Source: Klebsormidium nitens
Lineage: Eukaryota > Plantae > Klebsormidiophyceae
Reading direction: 5' to 3'
Length of the DNA: 64,000 nt
NCBI GenBank assembly: GCA_000708835.1
Contig: DF237162.1
Coordinates: forward strand, 63,700-127,699
The notes below the pieces were generated by a model. It searched no databases, was not told the DNA's origin, and saw only the letters and a list, made by a program, of their open reading frames with translations. A program made the translations under genes and the position numbers. Below are positions 12,369 to 30,000 of this stretch, piece by piece. Numbering within the stretch: position 1 is the stretch's first letter; each line of letters begins with the position of its first letter.

Positions 12369-14841
12369 GTAAGTGTCTAGAGGCGTTTGCTCGTTGCTAC
12401 ATATCGGTCGTTGGCGGCTGTCAAAAGTGTACTGTCGGGCTGCTTTGTGAAGCGCTTCCCCCATAATTGTACAGGAAGCATGTCGAAAGAAGTGAGCGGT
12501 TTGTGTAGTTTGTTTTTGCAAGCTGCTGGTTAACGCTATCTGTATGTACACGAAGAGCTTGAAATGAAAGATGTGGCTTCAGCTTTGACACGTATGTTTC
12601 TTATATAGCAGTGTTTGGCATTAGGCCCAATGCTTGATTCGTGACTCGTTTCTTCAATGCAGCTCACTTTCACCCTTATCGAAATCAAGTAACGCGCAAT
12701 CCCGCATGTGTAACTTTGTTTGAGAGAATCCTCTTCTGTCGTGCCTCCCGTTGAAGCGCAGAGACACGAGTGGACCATTGCATATATCTAAGAGGCAGAT
12801 TGACGACCTTCATTCGGTGGACAAGCAGATGGTTCTCTGCTTTCCTTGATGCAGGCACTAGATTTCATTTCTCTTCGAAGCCCCCTCACGGCTGCAGCTG
12901 AAGCAACAGTGTCGCGGGTCAGTTCCCTTGGATAAACCCAGCAAGCGTTGGTTTGATGTGCACTCTCAAGTCTGAATTGCTGAAGCCCGGAGTCAATCAG
13001 CTTCTTTGTCAATCGCTTGCACTCTAGATGGACTCGCCTCTAAGTCATCTTAAACCCCTGCCGACATTCCTGTTTTTGCAGCTGTTGAACCGTTTCCCCT
13101 CGATCATGTACGTCTAGGTTGCTCATACGCCAAGTTTCCGGAACTCAGTCTGGCTGTAAAGTACTATCGGAGCTCTCGCAATTTTCTAGTCTTTCTGTCC
13201 ATGCCTCTTGAAGTCAAAGGGATCTAAATTTCGACTTCTCGTCATACTTGAACCCTGACGTCAACCCAAGAACCATCTCTGAAACAATCGAGTTGCCCGG
13301 AGTACTCGAACCAGAACATTCCACCTGAATAATGACCCGCTCCGCACCCGAACCCACCCTACTCACCCAATCAACCCTGTCCGTTTCCTAGGCGTGAATC
13401 TCAAGTCAAATGCGTCAAGGAGATCAAGAATCACCAGAGAATCCTCGTCTTGCAGTTGGGACTGTTTGAGCTATGGGGTTTCGTCATCGCGCAAGGGGAG
13501 CGGTTGATTGTCTTGGGACCGGGGCTTGTGTTGCTGGCGACAGGCTGGTGAGCTATTCGCCTCAATCTAGTTGCTCGATTTCTCAGCCACTGTCAGTCTC
13601 ACCCCTTGACTGGTTTCTTGCAGGCGGGAATCGCCCGGCGTTTGTTTCACACTTTACAAAGTGCTTGTCGTTCTGGGACTGCTGTCCGACTTCGTCAACC
13701 GGGCCCCAGATTGCTGTCTTGTGATCAGAAATGTTAACGTTGTCATTTCCTTCTATGCGGCTACTCTTGAACAACATCTGTATTATGTCAGCTAGCGCTT
13801 TGCCTTTGGTTTTAAAGCTTGGAAAGTTGGAATTATCGAAAGAGGCTAGCTTAATATTCAATTCCATTTAGTTTCAAACTTATGTATTATTTTGATTTCT
13901 AGCGCCAGATACCCTCTCGTAAATCCAAGCAGCTTTTCTCGCCCTTCAAAAGCCCATAAAAAGGGGTCTGGAATTACTGTATACGGTCTTTTGGGTACTC
14001 CTAAAGCATCAGACTGACGCTCGCGCAACGCGCTTGTCGCTCAGGAACGCGTTCCGGAGTAGACAACGGGAAAGAAGACGAGAGAGCAAGAGGTGAGCAG
14101 CGACTCTCCTCGACCCTTTGCACAGCGAAGGCGTTTTGCTGGGGTCAACGATGACGAATGTCAAGTGGGCAGTTCTAACGTGCTTAGTCGATGTTCTGTC
14201 ACACCAGGCGCCGAGGCGTCAAAACTTGGTTTTATCAAACGGTCCGATTGTCGGAAAACCAACCAGAAACGAACAGCAAAATGCAAAACTAAGCCCTTGC
14301 CTTGTCAAAGACTGTCCGCTCCAAGATGTGGCTGGCGTTTGGTTTGAGTTGAAAGGGTTGGATTCGCGTCCGCTCATTCATTGCGAACAGGGACAACTGT
14401 TGAAAACAAGTACCTTAAAAGTCGACAATGTAAGAAACATGAATACACGCTCTACTTTTCCAATATATCCCAACGTTGTTTTGGAGCCAGAGTGGGCGAT
14501 CTTTGGTTTCGAACTTGGCTTTTGAGCTGACAGGTTCCTTTGATTATCCACTTGCGATCGTCCACAGCTCCCCGTCAAAGTTGCACATTTCTCTCATCTG
14601 GACGAAGCTAGTACCCCGTGCGTCGAACTCGCCCACTCTCTTTAAGTCAGCCCGGCGCAAATGGTGACGTTTTGACGATCTTTGTTTTTCGCTCTGGCGC
14701 CCCAAGTCGTTCCAGTCCTCGCCCTGACAATCTCGTTTCCCTGACTGCATGCACTTCTCACACCGGCCGACGTCATGCTGATTAAGCGTCAATCAATGTT
14801 TGTATGCTCTCGCTGACGTCACTCTGTGCCACGTGTCGCAG

Positions 14842-17800
14842 GTTGGCAGGGCCGTCCGCGGCGGTCCGGCTGCGGAGCGCGCGGGTGCAGCGGGAGCTGG
14901 TGAAGCTCCAGGTGAAGGGGCGGCTGTTCGAGGCGGTCCGGCAACTGGGCCGAGTGAGTGCCGATATGGCCAATCTAGACTGTGCCTGCTTCTATTCTCT
15001 TGTCTTTCCACACAACGCGTAGGCAGTCGTTGAGAACGAGCGCAAATTTGCCCTGTTCAAACAACGCTCAATCCTATGGAGATGGAGTCCAAGACCAGCG
15101 CAAAAGGAAGCGGCCGTCACAGGTGGTCGGCGGCTCAGAGGGGCGGTCTGTGTACCTCGAATTCGCCCCCTTATTGCATCTTTTTCGTTTGCGCTCTCCA
15201 ACTGCTGTCCTGCACATATGTTGTGTTCCAAAGCATAAAAAGCGTTACTTGCAGGAGACTTTCAGGAGTTGTTTGGATGGGGCAGAAGACACGCGCTGTT
15301 TTTGGGCGTGTGCTGATAATAGGAAGCAGTATAGCCGCTTCCGATTTGCTTCTTGGATTTACCCAACATACCTTTTCAACAAAGTCCAACTCAAACACAA
15401 GCATCAGAAGGAGCCAAGGTTGGAAGTTCGTTGGTGTTCCTCCCCCCCTTCATGCAAAACTTCGTTTCAAGGAAGAATAAGGAGAGGGCAAAGGCAAGGC
15501 GGGGAGAGGCCAAGGGAATTGAAAGCAAGTCGCCGACGATGTTCTCAAAACGCGGTCGTTCTTGCAGGCGGCGCTGGCCCCTTCCACCAATCCCGCGAGC
15601 ATGTCGACCCGGCAGGACGTCGAGACCCTGATAAAGCAGCTGAAAGATTTGCGGACCGATCCACAGCCGGCGCTGCTGGGGGCGTCCGCGTCGGATCCCT
15701 TCGCCGATCTTTCGCCGGCGCCGGACATCGACGGGAAGTGGGAGCTAGTGTGAGCGCGCGAAACTCTCGAGTCATGAAAATCTTTGAAGCATCTGATCCC
15801 GTGCTGTCAAGAGGGCGCTTTAACCTGGTGAACAAGGAATATGGCCGGACCTCAACTCGAATTGTCCGTCTGTCACTACTCTGACGTGCAACGGAAGGGC
15901 TTGCACAGATTCGCAGATCATCCTTCGCGGACCATTTGTTCGAACGGACGTTGGGAGTATGCGCCTCGCGCATGAGACTTCGGAAGCTTTCACCGCTCTA
16001 TGTACGTCTCAAGCTTCCAAACCCGGGTCTTGCGACCAAGTACTGAAGCAAACCTCTGAGCCGGTTCGTTCCTCCCCGCACTCACTTTTGAGAGCCCCTC
16101 GAACCGCACGGCCTCAAGCTGGGGCAGCTCACCGACCTCCTCCCCGCCTATTCCATTCATTCAACTCAGATTCCGTCATTGATTCCTGAGCCGTTTCGTT
16201 ATTCCGCCCCGCAGTTACTCGTCGGAGCCCTCTAGTAACGCGCGGCCTCAGCCCGGGGCAGCTCACCGACCTCCTCATTGCCTTTCAACCCACTTAAGAA
16301 CTTGTTTCATTTGCGTCCTCTCTAAGCCGGTTCATCCCTCTGTTTTGGCCCCGCACTTACACCTCGGAGCCCCTCGAAACGCGCGGCCTCAGCCCGGGGC
16401 AGCTCACCGACGTCCTCCCTCCCTTTCAACCTTAAGTTCTTTCNNNNNNNNNNNNNNNNNNNNNNNNNNNNNNNNNNNNNNNNNNNNNNNNNNNNNNNNN
16501 NNNNNNNNNNNNNNNNNNNNNNNNNNNNNNNNNNNNNNNNNNNNNNNNNNNNNNNNNNNNNNNNNNNNNNNNNNNNNNNNNNNNNNNNNNNNNNNNNNNN
16601 NNNNNNNNNNNNNNNNNNNNNNNNNNNNNNNNNNNNNNNNNNNNNNNNNNNNNNNNNNNNNNNNNNNNNNNNNNNNNNNNNNNNNNNNNNNNNNNNNNNN
16701 NNNNNNNNNNNNNNNNNNNNNNNNNNNNNNNNNNNNNNNNNNNNNNNNNNNNNNNNNNNNNNNNNNNNNNNNNNNNNNNNNNNNNNNNNNNNNNNNNNNN
16801 NNNNNNNNNNNNNNNNNNNNNNNNNNNNNNNNNNNNNNNNNNNNNNNNNNNNNNNNNNNNNNNNNNNNNNNNNNNNNNNNNNNNNNNNACCGACGTCCTC
16901 CCTCCCTTTCAACCTTAAGTTCTTTCAATCATAAGAGTTCGTAACCAGCCTCTGACCCGGTTTGTTTTTCCGCCCTCGCAGTTACTCCACAGAGCCCCTT
17001 GAAACGCGCGGCCTCAGCCCGGGGCAGCTCACCGACCTCCTCCCCTCCTTCGCCATGGACACCATCCTGCAGCGGGTGACGTCACGGGCGCAGGGCAGTG
17101 GCGCCACCGGGGTGCCCCAGCCGGCGCCGGTCCGGGTGGCAGAGAACTCAGCGAAAGTAACGTGAGACCCTTCTTCGTCGATTTTGGCCGTGTCTCTTTC
17201 AGTGTAAGACAAGAAATGCGACGAGGAATCCCAGCCAAAGAAACGTGAACCTCATTCCTCGTTGACTGTTTGGGCCGTCTGTGTAGGTTGGGACGCCAAA
17301 AGTGCGGATCCGGCTTGGACGTTTTTGTGTTTGGTCGGCGCTCGTTTGAAGTTTATCATTGTAGCAATCCAAGTCCGATCAGGATCATGTCAGAAAGTCT
17401 GCAGGGGAACAACGAGTGGGGCGTCGTTAGGAACGTGCACCAGTGTTTTGGCCTTCCGCTTCCATCGATCGTCGGAAATTGCCCGAAGCAGGCAACTTCC
17501 TTCTCTCGACGTTGACTACCTTAGTCTCAGCATACGTCTATTCCACCAATATCGACAAGTGATGCTTTTCAGGTACTCCATGCGATTGACAGAATCTTTG
17601 TATTTCTGCCAAGCGAAGCCACTTTTCACGGGCTTCGCTTCCTTTCAATCTACTTCCCAGGCTCTATGGTCCGCTCAGTGTTAGAGCATCCAGATACTAC
17701 AATACGACGAGCCCAAATGACGTGAGCATGACGGCTATGGAGTTACCTAGTTTTCCAGTGACAGCCCCATGCACCGATATTTGCAGGCTGGGCACTCTAG

Positions 17801-18303
17801 GGACGTTCGAGATTTCTGTGCAAGGAATATGGGAGGACCATGATGACGACAGCGCCTCCGTCTCCTTCGAGAGCTTCTCTGCGCAGCCGTTGGAGTTGTT
17901 CGGCCGGAAACTACACGGGGTTCCTCAGGTGAGACAAGCGAGCGTGCTCCCGTGCGGTCAACATCGACAGATATGAGCCGCATTTTTCAAAATGGCATTC
18001 GCGTTTGTCATGCTTCCTTTCTTGATGCTAAGTTTGCAAACGAGTAGCGTCATTCAAGTTGCCTTATTGCGAAAAGGCACATTAAGTCTATGGTTACCGC
18101 AAGAGCAGCAGACGTTTCGATTAGGCAGTTTGGATTGCATCAGTTTGGGAAAACGTTGGAGAATCTCTTTGCAGGTACAGCTACCAGTCCCCGGCCCTCT
18201 GCGTCAGTCGGTTGAGTGGAGCACTGTGTATGTGGACGAAGATACAAGGATTAGTCAGAGTAAGCGAGAGACGTTCTATTTGTTTCGTCGATTGTCTGGA
18301 TGA
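14842..18303 (+). CDS. PAP/fibrillin-domain protein (exons 14842-14953, 15568-15749, 16982-17161, 17787-17928, 18175-18303)
   Basis: KGRLFEAVRQLGR...DVETLIKQL, DGKWELV|YST and the C-terminal TVYVDEDTRISQSKRETFYLF match fibrillin hallmarks (WxLxYST; YLDxxxRIS). Splice phases are consistent. Confidence 0.75.
16055..16935 (+). repeat. Tandem ~130-bp units (at least 4, spanning an N-gap), each a degenerate copy of the acceptor and first ~60 nt of the fibrillin exon at 16982
   Basis: gcggcctcagcccggggcagctcaccgac is repeated at ~16110, ~16242 and ~16382, and is present in the true exon at ~17008. Confidence 0.9.
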
Positions 18304-19715
18304 AACGATATACGAACACTATAAGCAAGCCGCATCCTCGCTATTATGATGGCCATTCTTATGGTGAGGCATGATGATGAGACCGAATTGACTGCACTTG
18401 TGGATCAGCCCCGCTCGAGATTATATGCGGAGGCCTTGGGACCTTGCACGGAAATGCAAACAAGTGGCTACACGATGAATCAGCAATCCTTTATGGCCCT
18501 CTTGCCTAATTCAATACTTTGGATCTACTCTCTTTTAAATTCTGGAAACCTCGATCCAAATCGACCCTCTAGCATCCTAGCCAAGTCATGGATGAAGTTG
18601 AAAAGCATGCGCTGAATTCACTTGAGGCGGTGCAGCATTGGACGATGTTGATTTTGTTTTACAAGCCACAGCATGATATGAATTATCCTCGCTGCATAAC
18701 TTAGGTAGAGGGGAAAAGAAAGACGGTTTGGTAGGATCGTTCTCGAACACCAGTATAATGGCAGCACGTCACCTAATCTAACTTCGAGGCAATGAAGCTA
18801 CCGGCGCGTACTAGGTACGTACGTACCGTTGCAGACAGTACCAGAATACCGGTTGATGTGGAGTAAACATGCCGTACCGTACGGTACCCACCTGAAAGGA
18901 ATCGTATCATCCTAGGATCCGCTCCGACATGATATCCGCGGTCATCTTCCCCCCCCGTCTGTGTTCGGCCCGGGGGCCGAGCACCGAGCTTTGAAACTTG
19001 GGGCCGACATGGGGTGCAACGGAGCAGTCGGTCCCCAAACACCGGGCAATGCCTCGCTCGGGGGCCACTCAAACAAGCCGGGATCTTTGGCAAAATAATA
19101 AAACGTGGCCCGTCGAACAGAGCGCGTGGTGCGTGTGACTGGAGTCGACAAGTGGCCGGGAAGTGGGAGCGAACCCACAACCTCAGACCAAGTGGATAAA
19201 GTGCTCGCGGCGAAAGAAGATTCGTGGACACCATCGCTCGCCCTACTTTTGAAGGGGGATGCGTTTCCGCAGGGGAGGCGCACCCCCGCCAAAACCAGAT
19301 TTCGGGGCTGCTATTTTGCGCTCCGACTTCTGCGAAATGCGCGTTTTGTAATTGGGTGTAAATAAGATGGATCCCAAAATTGCGCGGTACGAACATGCAG
19401 AAAAGTGTACCCCGCGCAGCGGACGCGCCGTCTGAGCAACTCCGAAGATCATCATGTGAGTGTCAAAGCTGACTCAGACAGAGAGAGAGGGGGCGCCGTT
19501 CAACTGCTTCTTCTGCCTCGTCAGCGAGAGAGGAGCGCGATCAGGAAAAAGGGGAGCCATTAGGAGGAGATCAACAATCATGGCGGCATGATGCAGCCGT
19601 GACGGCAAGGGCAGATAAAGTGATCCGAGTTTGTTTTGAATCTTGTTTTGCAAAGAATACTGAATAGCTTGGAGAGGGGTGAGGTTGAGTGATCAAATCT
19701 GCTGAAGGCATCGCC

Positions 19716-23367
<3,652 letters not shown>

Positions 23368-24577
23368 GCTATTCACAGCCAACCTTAGAGCTGCTCCTAT
23401 CCAGAAGCAAGCGTAGAGCTCCTACCCGGAACGAATTTTAGACATCACATTGATGTGGTAGAGAAGCCGTTTTGTCAGCCTCTCATTGAGTGGCGGTCTG
23501 TTGTTTGTGGAGAGTGAGCGCAGGTGTCGTTGCTCAGTGTCCTGAGTCGACAGGTGTTCAAAAGCGCGGTACAGGTTAGCATATAGGGATGTATATAACT
23601 AAGGATAGAGACAAGGAGAGATGCAAGCCCATTGCTTGTTGTACTTTAGGATAGACAGGTCAGAGTCTGAGTCTCAAGTATAGGAAGCTTGAGGTATCCT
23701 CGAGTTTCTCGTCCGTTGATCTGCTCCATGTGCTCCACGGCCATGGTGGCTAAGGGCGTTAATAAATTGGAAGTTACCATCTGCAAACAAACATTGTCTC
23801 CAATGCAATCAAATTGATTATGGTTTCTGCGCATGTTGGAGTTGATAGTAACTTGATACACTCGGATCCTACCACAATTATCTATGCCGTAATGTTCAAT
23901 TCTCGGAAATTTGCAGGTATGTTCTAGTAATCTGGTATAGTTGCCATCGTTCTCGACGACGTTGCATGCTGTCACGTAGGTCAACAGTCAAATCTTGACT
24001 GCTGCATGCCCCCTTAAATCGAATCTTGAGGTATGCCCCCACAAAATCAGGTCCTATACTCTTGGTACATTTTGCACTGTGGGCCTGCATGTTGGGTTTG
24101 TCATGCATGCCAGATGCACGATTGATTGCAAACATGTACATGATGCATGCGGCCGCAGCTGGCTAGCCCCGCGCATTGTTCATCTTTTTGCAGAAGGTAT
24201 AGTGCGGTGCCGCGGCACCATATACATATAACTCCCATGTGCGAGTGCCGTTTTGGCGGCTAGCGGGGGCACTCGATTACATGCATGCAAGCAAGGAGCT
24301 TAGAAATACACAACAGCGCGGCCGCTGTTCGCCAATATTTGGGCATAATTCTTGACAAATACTTCTGATGTCTATTTAAGTACATACACTCGAGGGAATG
24401 GTCATTGATGTGCCCTGCCCGACCTGCCAGCTGCCTAACAGCACCTACCTATCAACACGGCTCACCAACAATAAGCAGCAAAGCTCAAGTATCGGTCAAT
24501 TGCAACAACACCAAACGAAGTCCAGCAGAAGCTCACTGAGCTGTGGAACAAGTATGGACGATGGTCAAGCTTTTATT

Positions 24578-26140
24578 CTATTTCTTCCTGTTTGCCTCTA
24601 ACCATTTCAACATGGCCTTATCAGTCTCCGTCATTTTCTTGGGGTTTTTTGAACCCTGCACTTACAAACAAGAAGAAGGTCACTGGGAGGTTACCGAATG
24701 ACCAAAGTGGGAGTACCAACAGACTATCAACAAGCCATATCGCTGCCACATCCAAGCTTCCTGCACTCCTTTGATCAGGCCAGCAGAGAAACCTAGAAGG
24801 CGTTGCGAATAACCTCTCACAAACACAGACTTACCGTGGTAAACTCAAAGTAGTCAGAAAAGTTTCTTCGGTTGTAATCGTCCAAACGCTGCATTAAACA
24901 CACAACCTTCTTCAGGCAGTACATGGAACAGTTTCGTGGCGCTAAACGAAGCGAGCACACTCAAATTCAGCAGCCTCCTTGAGCAGCTTGCAACTCATCA
25001 CAAACAACTTTTGCATGACTAGTTCTGCTTTTTTCTCTGTGTTGGAGGAGTCCTAACAGCTGTATCTCCAAATGAGAACTGGGCTCAGGGTCTGCCTCAC
25101 CTCCTTATCATACTTTGCCTTGTTCAGTTTCGATCTCTCAAGCATCTCTGCACATACGAATGACCCATTGTGAAGTTGCAAAACACTGTGTGAACTCACA
25201 CTACCACCGCGGCTCTCAATCTGCGCTCTGCACTCAGCCCCAAATAATCTGTTCAAACAGGCGCAAAAGCCCCGCCCTCTGATTGCCATGGGGAGCTCGA
25301 AGATCAATGGTGAGCCAACCAGCAATTCATGCAGTCAACTTCAATCAGAAGCGGACAGTCCAAAGAAACATCCAGAAGCGGACGGGGCCACAAATGTCAC
25401 TGGGCATGTATTACAAGGCGTGTGTGATCGGCGTGCTCATGGTGAACCGCCAAGCTGAAGTCAAGTTTTTGACCGATCTCCACAGGTTAGGTGCTCCTGC
25501 CTACAATAGATAAACTTTTCTCATATCCAAGCTCTCTCCAATTCTCCCAGCCGTGAAGGCTACCGGCGAATCCTTCCATGTCTCACAGAATGAAGTCTAT
25601 ACCATAAAGGGAAGTAAAACGCCTCGTAGAAACTAACAACCAAAATGTAAACCTTTGTTGGTCAGGACTGCAGGAGGGCTCCCCAAACTTTGATGTCACA
25701 GCATGTCACTCACCTTTCACAATCTCCGGCACCTCTTCTACAGCTGGGGGTTTAACCGGGGCCGCATGCGCCGTGCTCTGATCAGCCACCAATGCAGTCA
25801 GACTTGAAAAGAAGGCAGCCCCTGCCAAGAGCAACGCTGTCCTTCTTGCAGGAGCATTTATTTCTACTTTCTGCAGCTTGTATTCCGGAGATTCAGAACT
25901 AAGGCACCTTGGAGGGGCCTCCCTTGAACGTTCCGCACGATGCTGTCCCCAGACAATCCTCCGTGTCTGGCGCCCAAAAACGCTGTTACATTGCCGTGCT
26001 CTGACTCCATCAGACGTCCTCCCTGACAACGTTAACATTGCTGGACACCCCTGAATGCCGCTTCCCCCAAGCCCTGTCTGAGCCGCACTTAGCATTGTTC
26101 TGCTGACATCCACCAATTGGACGGCGCTTGCCTGTGCCAT
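24578..26140 (-). CDS. PsaN-like thylakoid lumen protein (Arabidopsis At1g49975-like), exons 26140-25714, 25147-25101, 24888-24835, 24655-24578
   Basis: Bipartite transit peptide with twin-Arg RRTALLLAGAA...AHA. The spliced mature part EMLERSKLNKAKYDKE|RLDDYNRRNFSDYFEFTT|GSKNPKKMTETDKAMLKWLEANRKK* resembles the PsaN N-terminus (LEKSKANKELNDKKRL). Family assignment is from memory. Confidence 0.75.
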
Positions 26141-27009
26141 CCTGCGATAAGTGCAGCACTTGTGATGCAGGGAGGCTGCAGCGTTTGGAACAGAACGATT
26201 CTGGGGCCAACAGCAGGAGAAAGCGTAGCAACAAGGATGATCAACACTGGCCTGGCAAGTGCAGGAGAGACTCGAGAGCTAGCCTGGTGCAAAGCAATTA
26301 AAGCCGCATGAAGCCGCAAACAAAAAGTTCAACGTACAAAACTTGCCCCGCGAGCCGGGGCCTCCTGAGTCGCGCGTGGCGGCACGGGCGGCCGGGCGCG
26401 GCACCAGTGTCCGACGGAGGCGCTCGGACGAGTACCCGGGTCACTCATGAGCGCTGCGCCGCGCGCCGCAGCGACGCATCCGGACGCGTGCGCGGCCCGC
26501 GCCTCGGGCTTTCAAGTTGTGATGCGCGCGCTGCCCCCGCGCTGCCGGCACTCAGTCACGAGCTTATTACCGTGCATCAACCTGCTTGCAGCTTCCAGGT
26601 CGGCCACGTTGAGAACAAAGGTGATGCGTTTGATGGATACATACAGAATACTGGGCTGCTCAATCGCCTCTGATTCAGGCCTCGGCAGGCCAGCCATGTC
26701 ATGAGAGTACTGAACGATGTGATGATAGATGAGCGACATGATTGGACATGATTGGACTTGTCACAGTCGATAACGTGAGTGCACTTGAATGTTATGGAAG
26801 TGTTGAAGCCATCCACCTTGTCAAACAACTAATTGATAAGCAAAGAGCCTAGGAAGCGTTGGCATACTGAAGCTAGCTTAATGCATAAAGAATTGAGTTC
26901 GAGCTAGTGCCATGGTGGTCCGTACCTAGCTAATCTGGGTTATTGCGGCCCACGATCTTCGGTGAAGCTCAGAACCCCAGGCAGTTTGCCAAACACACTT
27001 CCTTCCCTT

Positions 27010-30000
27010 CTAGGAAGCAAAGCGCAATACCCTGCTCGGGGGCTCGCCCGGGCATCCAACCAACTCTCTTTTTGCATATACCCGCTGCACCCACCGGTCA
27101 CTCCCATCAAACACGGCAGTGTATGCAGTACGACCGTGCGCGGCTCGACTATTGTTTACAATAAGCAGATCTCCCGCATCCAACCACACCCCCACCGCTA
27201 ACTGCCGCGCCGTCTCTTTAAGCCTCGCATAGGCTTCCAAAAGCTGAGGGGAACCCTTAAGGCTCGCCGCCCCGACGGGAAGAATGTTCTCCTCAAAGAT
27301 GTTCACAAGCGGGTTGGAATCGGGCCCGGTGATCAGGAACTTTTCTGCAACTGCGAAGCTGTTGTTGGCCGCGCTCCCAAAATTCCACCGCATCGGTTCA
27401 CTGCGGAGGATGCTTACGTCAGATGGTGACGTGGCAGCTAGAAGCGCGCGGAAATCGCAAACGGTGGTCTGGGCCTCCTTCCGGGGGTCACCCCGAACGC
27501 CAATGAGGAGGAGGGCGTCAGCTACAATCTGGAAGAGCAAGTGACCTTCGTTTGAGAAGGGTTGAAACCTCAAAAGTAGGAGCGAAAAGCGGAAACAGGG
27601 GCAGCCGTGGTGATTGATAAGGGATATTGTGCGGCTGGCTGGCTGGTATGGTTGTACTAAGGCTGAAGCGAAACTTAAAGAGGAACACACCTTCAAAGCA
27701 ACAGGTTCAAGTCACGACTGTTGCAAACAGGTGAAAAGACAAGTAAACGGAAACCGCAAGATGGGAGGCAGCTTTACTGATGCAATCAGTCTCTGGCTGT
27801 TTGCTAAAGAACAATCCACAGAAGCAGGGGCAGACATCGAAAACAGAGTTTGATCGGGTTCGGTTTTAGATCCGTCTGGTTGCAAAGAGACTACCTGAGG
27901 GCCAGGCAAACCACAGAGTCGACAGTGACTGGGTACAGTTTGTGGTTCGGCGATTGAGCAGAGTCACCAAAGGCAAAAAGGCGGACGGCCAAATTGTAGA
28001 TAGCCTACTGAGATGGACTTCGCAGGCAGCCACAAGCATAAAGGGCAAAGATTTAAGACCAAGGCTTTCCTGATTCAAAGAGAGCCTCAATCATTGTTTG
28101 TCGAAGGGTACTTCTTGGGCAAATTAACGATGCAAATGATGAAACACGTACAGCGGCAGCGAAGTCAGAACGAATATGGAACACACGACCTCCTTGGTTT
28201 GGGGGGGCACTCAGGAGGAAACGCCGGAATGTGTTATTTGGTACCCGGATTCAAGGTTGTTTAAATTTAAACAATGGTGTTATCAGGCTCGTTGAGATCG
28301 AGATTGCTTAGGGGAGCTCACAAATAGAGCTAGCCTGTCTGTCACGGTAAGAGCATCAGAGCTCCTGTGGCAATCTGTACAAACCTCGGACTATACTGCA
28401 AATAGTTAGCCTCTAAGAAGACACCTTTTTGACTCTCCAGAAGAGTTCCAGAACCCATCTGAGAGAACAACCACCGATCCATATTCACTGGTTCTGCAAG
28501 CTACGAGCTAAACGAATGCTCCTACAAAGAACCCCTCTTTAAAACAACCACAAAGATTCTCTATTCTCCTGTCTCTAATAAGACCCAGCCACATCAATCA
28601 CCGCTTCATAAGAGGTTTTGATGATCGCATCTGATAAGTCAGACTCTAACAGGTAAGAGCTCTCAGCCAGCTGTACGTTTTAGTCTCACCTTTTCAGATG
28701 TGACTGCAAAATCTCGATGCAGATCCAGCACTTTCTTGCACCCGTCAAAGGCGACCTTATCTATTGAATTTGGGTTAGGAGTCAGGTCACACACTAACCC
28801 GCCAGCCATGCCCCGCTTAACCAAAGTCTGCGCAGCGGGAAAAGAGTGTTAAGGAAACTACCAGCAAATGCTGGTCTTACAGATATGTCCAGGGAGTCTC
28901 TTTTCAAACATTTCTTGTGTAGATGCCTGTCTTTTGAATACAGCTGATGCAGGATGAATCAACCCACATTAGAGAGAAGGGAGAGGAAGGCAGATGTTCG
29001 GGTGCAAAAATTTCAGCTCTCTTTCAATTCCGTGTACGGGCTGATTGGAATCCATGAACCATGAGGTTGCAACAACCTATTGCTAGGAGGGCAATCCCTC
29101 TACAAGTGTCCTAGACAAACGCTCTTGAATATTCTTTTGACAGCACAAACCTACTCTGCGATGTTTCATAGATGGACCTTAAAATTGCTGGGCGGATTGG
29201 GGATCAACTGAAATTGTTACTCTCAGACCCCTGAGCAATACCCTTCGGGATCTAACCGTAATGCAACAAGATAGTATCTAATTGACACAATGTGAATTTA
29301 AGAACTTCAAGAAACCACCATCTTCTTCAGGCATCAATTTGCAAAGAGACTTCATTCTTCCGCAGAAGCCGCCTGAAAAGGAACATAGTTCTGACCAAAA
29401 ACAAACCCCCACCTGATAAGTCACCGGCTGCCCTATTAGTCTCGCCACTGCCAGCACCCATGCCTCGCTCATAACCTTCCCCGGCTTTGCGGACATGTTC
29501 CCAACCGCATATGGCGTCGGAGGGGGGTCGCTGTCCACAGGTAGTCCTCGGACGACCAGAACAGACGGGCCGCTGCTGTCGTGCAGAAAGGTTTCCAGTC
29601 TAGTTCGGACGTCCGCCGGCAGCCAAGAAACTGCCAGTTCGTGCGCCCTGGTGATGAACTCCTCGGACGCAGCGTCTCCGTCTGAACTGAGGGGAAGGCC
29701 GTCGAACCTCTCTTTGAACAGTGGGGGGAAAGGGGGAAGTGCCTGAGAGTTGATTTGAAGTTCTTTGACAAAGGGCGGGGGAGTTTCGGACGATTTGACA
29801 GGGGCACTCAGTGGTGTAGCAATGGCAGACGGTATTGAGAGCCCCTTCACTTTAGACCAACGTTTCAAAGGTTTTGTAGATATGAGTTGAAAGCCATTCC
29901 TAACAAATCGCAACTCACTTTCATTCGTTGAACTCTTATGACTGATCTCCAATCTTTTCAACCCCGCAGGCTTGTGTTGGCTGAACCCCAAGGTACTTGT

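Noticed and set aside
23646-23984. 112-aa ORF (also 1908-2208 and 14118-14525) as possible transposase remnants
   Set aside because: No DDE, RT, integrase or other recognisable motif, so not supportable without a search.
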